This document shows positions 11,655 through 23,417 of a stretch of 64,000 bases of DNA, piece by piece. The stretch spans positions 2,144,894 to 2,208,893 of the forward strand of contig JAYQLI010000035.1 in the NCBI GenBank assembly GCA_038143065.1. Reading direction: 5' to 3'. This DNA comes from Rhodospirillales bacterium (GTDB taxonomy: Bacteria > Pseudomonadota > Alphaproteobacteria > Bin95). The translations under genes and the position numbers were made by a program. Each line of letters begins with the position of its first letter. Within the stretch, counting starts at the first letter, position 1. The notes beneath the pieces were generated by a model, which had not been told where the DNA came from, made no database searches, and saw only the letters and a program-made list of their open reading frames with translations.

Positions 11655-11903
11655 TAGTGTCTCCCGGTAGATCGTGCTAGTGCAGCGTTAAGCCATTCGA
11701 GCGACTTGACTAACCTGATGTGTTCGTGCCGCGATATGTTGGTCGGGGTGGAAAAGATAAGTTGTTCCTTTCCGCATATTATAACGTTCTTTGATTAGAC
11801 CGTTTGGGTCATTTTCCGGTCCAATCTGGATCACAAATATGTCAGTAGGAATATTAGGAGGGGGAGGGGCTATAAATTTTGGATGGGTATAACCTTTAGG
11901 CAT
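11654..11903 (-). pseudogene. C-terminal remnant of an FAD-dependent oxidoreductase/monooxygenase
   Basis: DPNGLIKERY..KGTTYLFHPDQHIAAR resembles the YLxRPDQHVAAR tail; a shifted frame gives LNAALARSTGRH* overlapping the DUF2783 start; no FAD domain upstream. Confidence 0.55.
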
Positions 11904-11977
11904 GGATATAAAAATTTGTGAATGCGACGGCGTTTAAATGGTTTCGACGATAACACCTATCATCTGAAGGTACCCCC

Positions 11978-12547
11978 TCACCCTTTGGCCGCACTTGGTG
12001 TCATTAATAACCGAAACGGTCCAAGCATGGCTAAGGCTATAGCAACCTTAACAAGAAAATCTCCAACCAGAAGAGTAGTCCATGGAACCGAGGTGCCATA
12101 GAACGCCAAGCTGAAAAATAGAGCCGTATCAAGGGCAGAAGCTGCGGTGGTTGACACCAAAGGAGCTCGCCACCACGAACCAACCCTGAGTTGGTCAAAG
12201 ATTTTAACATCCAAAAGCTGAGCAGCCATAAAAGCTGTTACCGAAGCCAAGGCTATTCGTGGACCTGCAAGAATAATGGAAACAACTGCCGCAACACCGA
12301 AGCCAACATACACAACTCGGCGAGCTACTTTTGGTCCGTCTGCACGGTTTATTAAATCAGTTACTAAAAATGTAATTGGGTAAGTCAGTGCGCCCCAGGT
12401 GAGCCATTCATTGATTGGATGTTGAACCAAAATATTGGAGGCAACAATAAGTGATACCATGGCGGCAATCGCAGCAATAAAGCGTTTGTTGCCCCAAGTT
12501 TTTGAGAAAGAGGCATCAGTGAATGTCCTTAGGGCCCAGCATGGCAT
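11978..12547 (-). CDS. VUT (YhhQ) family queuosine-precursor transporter
   Basis: ASNILV, TWGALTYPITFLVTDL, RIALAS..AF..AQLLDV, DTALFF. Confidence 0.85.
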   Translation of the reverse strand: MPCWALRTFTDASFSKTWGNKRFIAAIAAMVSLIVASNILVQHPINEWLTWGALTYPITFLVTDLINRADGPKVARRVVYVGFGVAAVVSIILAGPRIALASVTAFMAAQLLDVKIFDQLRVGSWWRAPLVSTTAASALDTALFFSLAFYGTSVPWTTLLVGDFLVKVAIALAMLGPFRLLMTPSAAKG

Positions 12548-13215
12548 TTTTTTAATTTTTCAAAGCTGAATTCTTGGGACTTACACAAATCAAGGATTAT
12601 TTTTTCCTTATCTGCCACTCGTCCAGCTGCAGCTACAACTTCTCCCGCCACTTCTTTTGGCACTACGACAGCACCGTGCTGGTCAGCATGGATAAGATCA
12701 TCATGCTCGACGACCATACCTGAAACTGTTACTTGGCAACCAAAGTCGAGCATATGAACGTGAGCGTGGCTCGGTTTAATTGAACCGGCGAGAGCCTGGA
12801 AACCTTCTGCCCAGTCTGGGATGTCTCGAATACATCCGTCGGTGACAACGCCAATAGCACCTAGTGCTTTGTGCACATTTGAATTCACCTCGCCCCAAAA
12901 AGCTCCGTGGCCTGCATTTGGGCCGTCTAAATCTTGCAAGATAGCAATTCTTGGCAACTCGCCTTTGGATACATACTCGTAGTAGGAGACCCGCTTATCG
13001 GCTCCAATAGATTTATTTGGACGAACCGACCTGATCATGCCTGTTCGGGCGACGCCTACTATAGGTTTAAGATTAGGAAACGGACAGACTAAAGGTTCCG
13101 TTGTAAAGCCCTGATCTCGAAATTTGTTATCAATTTCTTCCAGAGCATTACACACAGTAGGTGTATCGAGCGCCGCAAGATCAGAAAGTAATTCTGCAGT
13201 AATAACCGTCATCAT
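12529..13215 (-). CDS. RraA/HMG aldolase-like family protein
   Basis: DTPTVCNALE, FWGEVN, VVTDGCIRD, DLIHADQHGAVV. Confidence 0.85.
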   Translation of the reverse strand: MMTVITAELLSDLAALDTPTVCNALEEIDNKFRDQGFTTEPLVCPFPNLKPIVGVARTGMIRSVRPNKSIGADKRVSYYEYVSKGELPRIAILQDLDGPNAGHGAFWGEVNSNVHKALGAIGVVTDGCIRDIPDWAEGFQALAGSIKPSHAHVHMLDFGCQVTVSGMVVEHDDLIHADQHGAVVVPKEVAGEVVAAAGRVADKEKIILDLCKSQEFSFEKLKKCHAGP

Positions 13216-13318
13216 GAGGTTCCTATAAAACTAGCTTTAACAATTCTGTTAGCTTGGCTGATTTAGATAGCCTAAAGGGCTATTTTTAACGAAAATCGGT
13301 ACGTATCCCTTAGGCTGA

Positions 13319-14116
13319 TCATAGACCCAAGACATCATTCATTGTGTATAGACCTGCGGGCTTGCCGTGTATCCAACTGGCAGAACGGACAGCCCCCCGC
13401 ACGAAGAGCGAGCGGTCTGTGCATCTATGAACTAGTTCTAGACGTTCACCTGCGCCTGCAAACATAACGGTATGCTCGCCGACCACATCCGCTCCTCTAA
13501 GGGTTGCGAACCCAATTGCCCCATCAGGCCTTTCTCCTGTCTCACCCTCTCGTGACCAAATTGCTACATCATCTAAGTTCACACCCCTGCCTCTAGCTGC
13601 TGCCTTTCCGAGGCCAACCGCTGTGCCTGATGGAGCGTCAATTTTATGTTTGTGATGCATTTCCATAATCTCGATGTCGTACTCAGGGTCTAGAATGCTA
13701 GCCACACGCTCAACAAGATTCATGAACACATTCACAACAACGCTCATGTTTGGAGCGTAGACAATGGGAATTTTTTTGCCGGCTGAAGCAAGCTCAGCCT
13801 CTTGATTGGCATCTAAGCCAGTAGTTCCTGTCACGTAGGCGGTGTTATGCTTTGCCGCTAATTTAGCATGTTGGGCAGTAGCGGTTGGGATGGAGAATTC
13901 AATTGCAACGTCCACTGTTTGAATGACGGTTTCTGCATCTCCACCAACGATTACCCCAATAGATCCAATCCCTGCAAGTTCACCTACGTCTTGTCCAATG
14001 AGTTCTGAACCAGGCACTTCAGAGGCTGCTGCAACTTCCATGTTATTTGCTTCATGGCAGAGTTTTACGATTAGCCTGCCCATGCGCCCACCCGCACCAA
14101 TAACCCCTACTCTCAT
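13319..14116 (-). CDS. dapB: 4-hydroxy-tetrahydrodipicolinate reductase
   Basis: GAGGRMG, GTTG, EMHHKHKIDAPSGTA. Confidence 0.96.
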   Translation of the reverse strand: MRVGVIGAGGRMGRLIVKLCHEANNMEVAAASEVPGSELIGQDVGELAGIGSIGVIVGGDAETVIQTVDVAIEFSIPTATAQHAKLAAKHNTAYVTGTTGLDANQEAELASAGKKIPIVYAPNMSVVVNVFMNLVERVASILDPEYDIEIMEMHHKHKIDAPSGTAVGLGKAAARGRGVNLDDVAIWSREGETGERPDGAIGFATLRGADVVGEHTVMFAGAGERLELVHRCTDRSLFVRGAVRSASWIHGKPAGLYTMNDVLGL

Positions 14117-14281
14117 TTGCTATGCTCCTTGCAATCGCAAAAAAACTCAACTTATTCTATCTCATAAAAAGGGTATTGCAGGGATTAAAAATCCCTAGGG
14201 TGAGGAACGTAGAATTTTTAAGCACTTCTGAGTGCGAATTACCGTCCCTCAAAACCAACCATTTTTTTTATTGGGTGGAAG

Positions 14282-14358
14282 TGGCGGGAGTGACGGGGCT
14301 CGAACCCGCGACCTCTGGCGTGACAGGCCAGCGCTCTAACCAACTGAGCTACACCCCC
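14282..14358 (-). tRNA. tRNA-Asp(GTC)
   Basis: Reverse complement GGGGGTGTAGCTCAGTTGGTTAGAGCGCTGGCCTGTCACGCCAGAGGTCGCGGGTTCGAGCCCCGTCACTCCCGCCA folds as a cloverleaf; anticodon GTC; encoded CCA. Confidence 0.97.
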
Positions 14359-14440
14359 TTAAGAGGTTTAATTTTTCAAACTCTCTGGATACGGCGGTTA
14401 ATACGGACCACCGTCGTTTTCGTCAATAGGTACTCTTCAC

Positions 14441-15217
14441 TTAGGTTAAGTACACCCCGCCATTTACATGGATTGTTTGCCCGGTGGTGTAGGCCCCCTC
14501 TGGCGTACATAACAGTCGAACCATGCCGGCAATCTCATCAACTGTTCCCATTCTATTCAGGGGAATGCCACGATCATTCATTCCTGGGCGAGCGCCGGCC
14601 GATGCACCGCGGGTTGTGTCAATCATCCCCGGTGCGACGGCATTTACATTAATTCCATGTGGAGCCATTTCTCGAGCTAGCCCCCGCGTGAAACCTTCTA
14701 AACCAGCTTTGGCCGCGTTCACATGGATTCGGTTTAATGTTCCCACGCGATTAGAAATGCCACTAAGAGTAACTATTGCGCCCCCTTCGCCATTTGCAAC
14801 CATATGCTTTGCACAGGACTGGCAAACATTAAAAGCACCATCAAGCGCAACGCTGATTACGCCTTTCCATTCATCAAAGGACATATCTAGGAATGGAGTC
14901 TGTTTACGATGGGCTGCATTTGATACTGCCATATCTATACGGCCAAATTTTTCCATTGCAGCTTCAACCATAGCATCAACAGCAGCGCGATCTGTGACAT
15001 CGGCAAGGAAAGGCAAAGCTTGGATGCCGTAAGTTTGCTCAAGCATCGCAGCTGTTTCATCTACTGCAGCCTGATCAAAGCGACCATTTACAACAATATT
15101 GGCGCCAACAGCTGCTAGATGTTCCGCTATTCGCTGACCAATATTTTTTCCAGCGCCTGTAATTACCGCAGTTTTGCCCGCTAGAATTTTTGCTCCTGGG
15201 TCGATCATCAAGGTCAC
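14441..15217 (-). CDS. SDR family NAD(P)-dependent oxidoreductase
   Basis: TGAGKNIG, VSNAA, VNAVAPG; the catalytic YxxxK appears as VNAAK. Confidence 0.88.
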   Translation of the reverse strand: MTLMIDPGAKILAGKTAVITGAGKNIGQRIAEHLAAVGANIVVNGRFDQAAVDETAAMLEQTYGIQALPFLADVTDRAAVDAMVEAAMEKFGRIDMAVSNAAHRKQTPFLDMSFDEWKGVISVALDGAFNVCQSCAKHMVANGEGGAIVTLSGISNRVGTLNRIHVNAAKAGLEGFTRGLAREMAPHGINVNAVAPGMIDTTRGASAGARPGMNDRGIPLNRMGTVDEIAGMVRLLCTPEGAYTTGQTIHVNGGVYLT

Positions 15218-15232
15218 CTAGCTTCTGTAGTT

Positions 15233-15258
15233 AAAAAAAACGCCGCTCTAAAGCGGCG
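15233..15258 (-). terminator. Rho-independent terminator after tRNA-Val
   Basis: CGCCGC-loop-GCGGCG followed by T8 on the minus strand. Confidence 0.8.
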
Positions 15259-15259
15259 A

Positions 15260-15335
15260 TGGTGGGCGATGACAGACTCGAACTGCCGACATCCTCGGTG
15301 TAAACGAGGCGCTCTACCAACTGAGCTAATCGCCC
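15260..15335 (-). tRNA. tRNA-Val(TAC)
   Basis: Reverse complement GGGCGATTAGCTCAGTTGGTAGAGCGCCTCGTTTACACCGAGGATGTCGGCAGTTCGAGTCTGTCATCGCCCACCA; anticodon TAC. Confidence 0.97.
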
Positions 15336-15399
15336 GAAATGCTATAACCTTTTAGTGATAGGCGGCATACACAAGTGTAAGCCGCCTAACAACTAAAAA

Positions 15400-15672
15400 T
15401 TAATTTAAAGCGTCTTTAAGGCCTTTGCCTGCCTTGAACTTAGGCTGCTTTGACGCCTTGATTTGGATGGTTTCGCCGGTGCGTGGGTTGCGACCAGTTG
15501 TTGCCGCACGGCTTGCTACGGCAAATGTGCCGAAACCAACAATGCGCACATCATCACCCTTTTTAAGGGCGCCCTCGATAGCATTAAAGACGGCATCAAT
15601 GGCATTTCCGGCATCTGCTTTAGTGATACCAGCTTCTTCCGCTACTGCGGCGACGAGTTCATTTTTATTCAC
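15400..15672 (-). CDS. hup: HU DNA-binding protein
   Basis: GTG start (V)NKNELV; GFGTF..RAATTGRNPRTGE..PKFKAGK. Confidence 0.95.
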   Translation of the reverse strand: MNKNELVAAVAEEAGITKADAGNAIDAVFNAIEGALKKGDDVRIVGFGTFAVASRAATTGRNPRTGETIQIKASKQPKFKAGKGLKDALN

Positions 15673-15862
15673 TTGCTGCTCCCCTATTCTGAGTCCATTC
15701 CCACTGGTGGGGTGAACAAAACCAGGTGTTTCTAATAAAGAGCAGAATACAGGCGATCGAGCTGCCGTCAACGCGATAGTGCATTGGATTATCAACAGCC
15801 AACAAAACAAGGCCTCGCAAAAAATTTGTGAGGGGAGCAACATGGTATCTCAGGAGAAGAAT

Positions 15863-16783
15863 ATGAGTGAGCAAACAAAGCGCTACCGGGATGGCCTTGG
15901 CTATGACCATGAATTATATCCTTGGAGCATGCTTAGTGGCCGGAAATCATTAGAATGGCCAGGGAGGCGCTAGAATTGCACTTGCCTGCTTTGTGCACCT
16001 GGAAAATTTCGAAATTGACCCTCCAAGTGGAGCAATTGCCGATCCACGGTTTGGTGGAGCTCTAGGGTCTTACGACCCTGATTACCAAAATCACACTAGG
16101 CGATTACATGGATTGCGTGTTGGGTATTTTCGTGTGTTGGAAATTCTGGAGAGGTACGGGGTTAAGGCAACAATTACCTTCAACTCTTCAGTAGCTGAAA
16201 GTTATCCTTACCTAGTAGAGCGGGCCCTTAAGGGCGACCATGGTTTGGTAGCTAGAGGTGTTTCTGCTCGCCAGATGATTTCTCAAAGCATGAGCGAACA
16301 AGAAGAAAAAAAACACATCAGCATAGTATTGATACCCTTGAGAGGATTTCTGGTCGTTCAGTCAAAGGCTGGGCTGGTCAAGATATGGGAGAAAGCGATA
16401 GGACCCCGAGGATACTCAAGGAGTTAGGATTAACTCACGTTATAGATTGGCCGAACGATGATATTCCATATCCTATGGATGTATCAGGAAAAGGTGATGC
16501 TCCCCTCATTTCTATTCCTAATCAGACAGAATGGGATGATGCTGAACTTTTCGCTGTGCGGCATGTGGATCCCTGGAGATATCCTGAAATATTTCGAAGC
16601 GCCTTTAATCATCTCTACAATGAAGGCGGTCAGATGTTTGGTTTTGGCGTCCATCCATGGATTTTTGGGCAGGCTTTTCGCATTAAATACCTAGAAGAGG
16701 CAATTTCTGCCACCGAGGACATGCCTGGTATTTGGAGGGCCACTTCAGACGAAATTGCAGAATGGACAATTTCAAACCTCTAG
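15863..16783 (+). CDS. Polysaccharide deacetylase / PuuE-like family protein (frameshifted)
   Basis: YPWS..R..LEWP, GLRVGYFRVL, ESDRTP, DWPNDDIPY, HPWIFGQAFR spread over three ORF pieces. Confidence 0.75.
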
Positions 16784-16792
16784 GATTTACGC

Positions 16793-17903
16793 TTAAGCAA
16801 GCCGCATTTTAGTTTTTGAACGGATCATGTCGAAGTCGATATCGGCGCCTAGCCCAGGACGTTCCATAGCATGAACGTGCCCGTCTACGATCTCTATGTC
16901 AGGGTTGAGGCCATATTTTTGAGCGCCAGCAGGTAAGAGTACCTCAAAGAAAGACGTGTTGGGGATGGCCATTGCAAGATGAAGGTTTGCTACATTGTTC
17001 AGAGAATTACCTCCATGGTGGATTTCGTAATTCATTTTAAAAGCCTCGGCGAGGTGGGCTGCTTTTAAGCAGCCAGTAAGCCCTCCTTTCACAGCCACAT
17101 CGCCTCTTAAATAGTCCGTCGCCTGCATTATCAACCAAGGAGCATACGAATAGAGTCCGCCAGGCGAGTACTCAGTTGCCATCAAAGGAATGGAGAGTTT
17201 TTGGCGAAGTTTTGGATAATTTAATAAATCTTCCTCGTCGAGAGGATCCTCAAACCAGTGGAAGTTTAAGTCTTCGATAACACGACCAACCTTAAGAGCC
17301 GCTGGATAGTCATAGGCCCAAGTGCTATCCAACATTAAGCGATAATCATCGCCCACAGAGCGTCTAACTGCATTGCAAACCTTGATGTCCAGATCGGGGT
17401 CAGTGGGGGTGGATTTTGTAGGCGGCCCAGCCATCCTCCATAAATGTGAGTGCTTCTTCAGCATACGCTTCTGGAGTGTTTAGAACGGCAGAAGATGCAT
17501 AAGCAGGGATTTTATCTCTGAACTGGCCAATAAGCTTGGCGATGGGTAACCCAGCAATTTTGCCTGCTATGTCCCAAAGTGCAATGTCGCATGCGCCAAT
17601 TGCACGGAGAGTAGTTGTGCGATTTTTACGATATAGCTTTTTGTAAATGAGCTCTCGGTCTAGTGGGTTTTGACCCATCAGAACAGGCTTCAAATAATGG
17701 ATTAGGCTCTCCCCATCCATCTGGGCGCCACGGTTTGCAGAGCCAAGAAAGGCATGCCCTTCGACACCATCGCGCGTTTTTACTGTTAGTAAGCCAAGTT
17801 GGCTGGCACCAGCAAAAGTGCCTGTATGATTTCCATACTGAGTTGGTGGAATATCGTCCCAGGCAAAGAGGTCCAGGGTAACATCAACTATTACGTCAGC
17901 CAT
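16793..17903 (-). CDS. Mandelate racemase/muconate lactonizing enzyme (enolase superfamily), frameshifted
   Basis: DIALWDIAGK, AYASS, YKIHP, LMLD, WFEDP, ATE, PGLG. Confidence 0.88.
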
Positions 17904-17940
17904 TTGCCCCCCTAATTACTGGGTCCTGCTTTGCCAAGTT

Positions 17941-19899
17941 TTACTCAAAAGTCATGATGGTTTCGTCGGCTTTGAGGCTAACACCAGCCTCTACTACCAC
18001 GCCAGAAACCGTGGATGATTTCTCAGCTCGAAGCACGTTTTCCATTTTCATGGCTTCAACGATCGCGAGAGCTTGGCCAGGTTCAACCGTATCGCCTTCA
18101 GAAACAAGAACTGTCTTGAGCAGGCCTGGCATAGGTGACAACAAGAGGTTCGAAGTGTCCGGTTCCTGCTTCTCAGGCATCAGGTGGTAAAGTGCCGCCA
18201 CACTAGGAGACAGAACAAGCGCCCTCGACTCTGTTCCTCGATGGGTTAGACGGTAGCCAGCACCGTCACGATCGATTTGAATGGTGACACGGGTGCCGTC
18301 AATTTTCCATCAAAAATTAGAGATGCGGGATCAAGATTGCCCTCAAGCCTTATCGGACGCTCACCCAAGTTTACGGTAGCCCCGTCTGCTTCCAGACTAA
18401 CTTTTACATCTCTTCTCTCATCTCCAATGCATACGGTGAACTCTAACTCGTGAGAGATCTCTCTCTCTCGTCGAACTTGGGCCGCATGGCGTGCAGCAGA
18501 GACTGATGAGAGAGCATCCATGCGTGTTGGAACCAGTTCCGTCTCTATAAAACCATCCCTGAACTCTTCATCAATGAAGGCTGTAGAAATTTGGCCTTCC
18601 CGAAATCGATTGTGGTCAACCACAGCCGATAGAAAAGTAAGATTGTGGCGTATTCCCCTGACCTGGAATTTGTCTAGTGCGAGACTCATACGATCTATGG
18701 CCTCTGTGCGATTGGCACCATGGGTAACCAACTTCGCCAGCATAGGGTCATAGAACATCGATACTTCACCGCCCTCGGCGACACCGGTATCTACACGCAC
18801 ATGATTCGTCTCTGCAGGCGGACGATAGCGGGTAAGGCGTCCAATCGATGGCGCAAAATTGCGCGTGGGGTCTTCAGCATACAACCGACACTCGAGTGAC
18901 CAACCGTTGATTCTAAGGTCTTCTTGACCAAAGGATAGGTTCTCACCATTGGCAACACGGAGCATCTGCTCAACAAGATCCAGCCCCGTAATCATTTCAG
19001 TTACTGGGTGCTCCACCTGCAGTCGAGTATTCATTTCCAGAAAATAGAAATCGCGGTTGGGGCCAACAATAAATTCAACCGTTCCTGCAGATTGGTAGCC
19101 CACGGCTTTCGCAAGTGATACGGCTTGAGCACCCATTTTATTCCGAGTTGCTTCATCCAAAAACGGGCTGGGGGCTTCTTCAACAACTTTCTGATGACGC
19201 CGTTGGATAGAGCACTCACGCTCGAACAGATGGACAACGTTACCGTGGCTGTCAGCCAGCACTTGAATTTCAATATGTCTTGGCTCTACTACAAATTTTT
19301 CAATGAAGACGCGATCATCACCAAAACTCGATTTTGCTTCTGAGGCAGCGCGTACAAGCCCATCACGCGTTTCTTCGTCATTAAATGCAATTCGCATCCC
19401 TTTGCCACCGCCACCAGCTGATGCCTTTAGCATTACTGGGTAGCCAATTTCATTGGCTATTTTCACTGCTTCATCGGGATCGGAAATTGCGTCTGCGGAT
19501 CCGGGTACGGTTGATACACCCGCTTCTTTAGCGAGACGTTTTGATTCGATTTTATCGCCCATTGCATCGATGGCATTGGGTGGTGGTCCAATGAATACTA
19601 ATCCTGCCTCTGCAACCGAGCGGGCAAAATTTGCATTCTCAGAAAGAAATCCCGAAGCCGGGATGAATGGCTTCTGCTCCCGTATCCTTTGCGGCCTGAA
19701 TGATCTTGTCTGCGAGCAGATAGCTTTCTGCTGCAGATGGTGGTCCGATATGAACCGCCTCATCAGCCTGCAACACGTAGGGACTATCGATATCTGCATC
19801 TGAGAAGACTGCTACTGTTTTCACACCCATACGCTTCGCCGTTTTAATTACGCGACACGCAATTTCGCCGCGATTTGCGATTAGGATCTTGGAAAACAT
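17941..19899 (-). CDS. pccA: Propionyl-CoA carboxylase alpha subunit (biotin carboxylase + BCCP), frameshifted
   Basis: [49 protein letters not shown] biotin site. Confidence 0.88.
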
Positions 19900-20088
19900 G
19901 CTTGCTCTCTCACTTATGGAACTGTTTTTTTCTTTATACCAACAAAGTTTCCTGCAGCCGCTTTAGCATCGAGAAATAATGGCAGGCCGCGGGGGTCTCT
20001 GTGATTTTTGCCGATCTTAAATATCGACTTGGTCAGAATTTGTCATCTGCTTGGAGAGATCCTTATTAGCTACCTCTCCAGAAAAAAT

Positions 20089-21716
20089 TTAAGCTGTAAT
20101 GCCTGATTTGCTATCAGTGAGAATCATTTCAGCACCCTTTTCTGCGATCATTAAGGTAGGAGAGTTGGTGTTGCCTGAGGTTATTCTTGGCATCACTGAA
20201 GCGTCTGCAATACGAATATTAGCCAATGCTTTGAGGCGTAGTCGCGAGTCTACAGGAGCATCGGAATCCTCTCCCATACGGGCAGTCCCAACGGGATGAA
20301 ATATTGTAGTGGCAATATCGCCTGCAGCACGCGCCAATTCCTCATCACCATCAATGCGTGGTCCAGGCTTAAACTCTTCAGGCTGGTAACGTAGCATTGC
20401 TGGCTGACTGGCGATGTGACGCGTCAGACGAACGGCTTGGGCCGCCACAATGCGGTCAGCTGGGTCAGAAAGGTAGTTTGGGTGAATTTCTGGGGCCTCT
20501 CTGAAATCAGAGGAGGCAGCTCTTACTTCACCACGGCTCTCAGGGCGAAGGTTGCAAACCGAGGCTGTGAATGCAGGAAATGGATGTAGTGGTTCTCCAA
20601 ATTTTCAAGGCTCAGAGGCTGCACGTGATATTGCAGGTTTGGCGTCTCACGAGATGGGTCAGATTTCGCGAAGCAACCGAGTTGGCTTGGGGCCATAGTA
20701 AGGGGCCCACGCCGAAAAAGCGCGTAGTTTAGGCCCATTCCCATCTTTCCCAAAATAGAGTTAGCCTGTTCATTCAATGTTTTTACGCCATTCACTTTGT
20801 ATGCAAGTCGTACCTGCAAATGGTCCTGCAGGTTTCGGCCCAAGCCATCAACATTTGCAACCAAACTGACGCCGATTTTTTGCAGCCACTCGCCAGGTCC
20901 TATTCCAGAAAGTTGAAGGATGTGGGGTGTTCCTATGGAGCCAGCTGCTAAAACAACTTCCCCTGCAACATTCGCCTGCTTAGAAACTCCATCCTGGTTA
21001 AACAGAACGGCAGTAGTTTTCGCTTCTTTGATTTCTAGTTTCTCGACCTGGGCATTGGTAGCGACAACTAGGTTTTGCCTGCCAGCAATAGGTTTCAGGA
21101 ATGCTTTAGATGCGTTCCATCTTACACCACGACGCTGATTTACATGAAAGTAACCAACGCCCTCATTATTGCCGCGGTTGAAATCTTTGACCGCAGGTAT
21201 TCCTGCCTGGACAGCAGCTTCGCGGAAGGCGTCTAGAATTTCCCATGAGAGTCGGGGTTCCTCTACCCTCCATTCTCCTCCTGCTCCGTGCAGGTCATCA
21301 GCACCGCCTTTAAAATCCTCCGTTTTCCGAAAATAAGGAAGGACATCATCCCAGGCCCAGCCCACGGCGCCCAGCTGACGCCAGCCATAATAGTCCCGAG
21401 CCTGACCGCGCATATAAATCATACAATTGATTGATGAGCACCCTCCCAAAACTTTCCCTCGTGGGTAGTCAAGCACGCGGCCATTGAGACCTTCCTCTGC
21501 CACTGTTTTGTAACACCAATCCGTGCGCGGATTCATCATTGTGTACAGGTAGCCAACCGGAATATGTATCCAATGCCAGTTATCTTTTCCGCCTGCTTCA
21601 AGAAGCAAAACGCGATTTTCTGGATTCGCCGAGAGACGGTTAGCAAGTAAACATCCAGCGGTCCCAGCACCTATGACCACGTAGTCGAATAAGCCGATAC
21701 TTTGGCGATCTTTCAT
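20089..21716 (-). CDS. GMC oxidoreductase (choline dehydrogenase-like), frameshifted
   Basis: GAGTAGC, PRGKVLGGCSSIN, NLQDHLQ, FHPVGTARMG, GNTNSPT. Confidence 0.9.
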
Positions 21717-21793
21717 GCCATTACCCTCTTCGCGCAAGATACTTTTACAGGCATATACTTATTTTACAAAAATTCTAAGGGGAAAGCGGCGTG

Positions 21794-22584
21794 ATGGAGT
21801 ATGTGGAGGCTAATGGAGCAGTTTTCGAACCGAGAGGGTTGGGGGTGGTTCAGGTCATCCATTACTGCTGATCCATGAGCTGGGCGGTGACATGATGAGT
21901 TGGGATCCCGCAATTGCAGCGGGTTTGGTAAGTAATCGACCTGCACTACGCATGGATTGGCGTGGTGCAGGTATGTCTGAAAAAATTCGCGGACCATTCG
22001 ACATCGATATTATGTGTGCAGACATCATGAACGTTGTGAAGGAAACAGGTTTTGGTGGTGTTGGACCTATTGATGTACTCGGCATTGCGTTAGGCGGGGG
22101 CGTAGCTATTGGGCTTGCAATTCGCTATCCGGAGCTAGTGCGTCGGATGATTTCTACCAGCTCTGCAATCGGTGGAGCAGGTGCCAGAGACCGCATGTTG
22201 CAACGGGCTGCAGGCGTAGAAAAAGAGGGTATGCGACCTTATTGCGAATCTAGTCATGCTGTTTCTTTCGCTGAACCTCTGCGAACAGATCCAGAATTGT
22301 ATGCTTGGTACCGTAAAAAATGGATATCCCAAGACCCGGCAAGCTTCGCAGCCCATAACAGGATGCTAGCTAATATGGACGAAACTCTAAATCTTGGGAA
22401 AATTAAGGCGCAAACTCTTATCCTCTCGGGTACTCATGACCCCTTGAGGACCCCTCAAGCTGTTAAAGAAATTGCAGATGCTATTCCGGGATCTCAGTAT
22501 GAGGAGTTGGATACAGGCCACTTTATGCATGTACAGACACCGAATCTGTGCGCTACTCGCATTCCGGCATTCCTCGACGCATAG
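21794..22584 (+). CDS. Alpha/beta hydrolase (enol-lactone hydrolase-like), frameshifted at N-terminus
   Basis: LIHELGG, DWRGAG, GIALGG at the nucleophile elbow, TGHF. Confidence 0.75.
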
Positions 22585-22609
22585 AATTTTACTCGAAAGG
22601 ACTTGATCA

Positions 22610-23417
22610 ATGAACGACGTCTATGAGTTATACGCCATAAAATATGGCGAAACTGAAAACCGACCTATGAGTGAAAATTACATAGGTGGAGATCCTCACG
22701 ATACCAGTCAGAATTTGGCTTATTTCATCTGGGTGGCTACGAACAATGAACGGACGTTTGTTATTGATACGGGTTTTAACTACGAAGTAGCAGCCGCGCG
22801 AAGGACGGAAATTAGATCGTTTGCCGCGGGAAGGACTTGACCTGATTGGAATTGATGCAGAGAAAGTTGAGCAGGTTATCATAACACACCTCCATTATGA
22901 TCACGCTGGAACATTTACAGATTTTGGCAATGCTCGGCTGCATTTACAGGACAGTGAAATGGCGATGGCTACGGGGCGGTGTATGTGCCATGCACCCCTG
23001 AGGCTTCCGTATCATGTTGACGACGTATGTGAGATGGTTCGTAAGGTTTATGCCGAGCAAGTAGACTTTCATAATGGCGATCAAGAAATTGCTCCGGGCA
23101 TAAGTTTACATCTCTGTGCTGGTCATGCTGCAGGTCTTCAGTCAGTTAGAGTAAAAACTCGCCGTGGTTGGGTCATGGTTGCTTCAGACGCAACCCACCT
23201 CTACATGAATTTTAAGGACAAAAAGCCGTTTCCGATAATGGTAAACATGGCAGAGATGATGGAGAGTTGGGGAAAGCTAATCCGGCTTGGTGATAGTATT
23301 GATCACGTTGTGCCTGGCCATGATCCTAAGGTGCTTGAATATTATCCAGCAGCGGACCCTAAACTTGAGGGAATTGTTGCTAGATTGGATGTGGCGCCAA
23401 AGGTGTCTATCGCATGA
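22610..23417 (+). CDS. N-acyl homoserine lactonase-family MBL-fold hydrolase, frameshifted
   Basis: VIDTG, THLHYDHAG, GHAAG, ASDA, VPGHD. Confidence 0.85.

Noticed and set aside
11978-12600. preQ1 riboswitch upstream of the VUT transporter
   Set aside because: The upstream region is RraA coding sequence; no aptamer pattern seen
14218-14240. CIRCE-like sequence (AAGCACTT..GAGTGCGAA)
   Set aside because: Spacer is far shorter than 9 nt, half-sites are imperfect, and it is not upstream of a chaperone gene
14122-14652. 176-aa plus-strand ORF
   Set aside because: Antisense shadow over tRNA-Asp and the SDR gene
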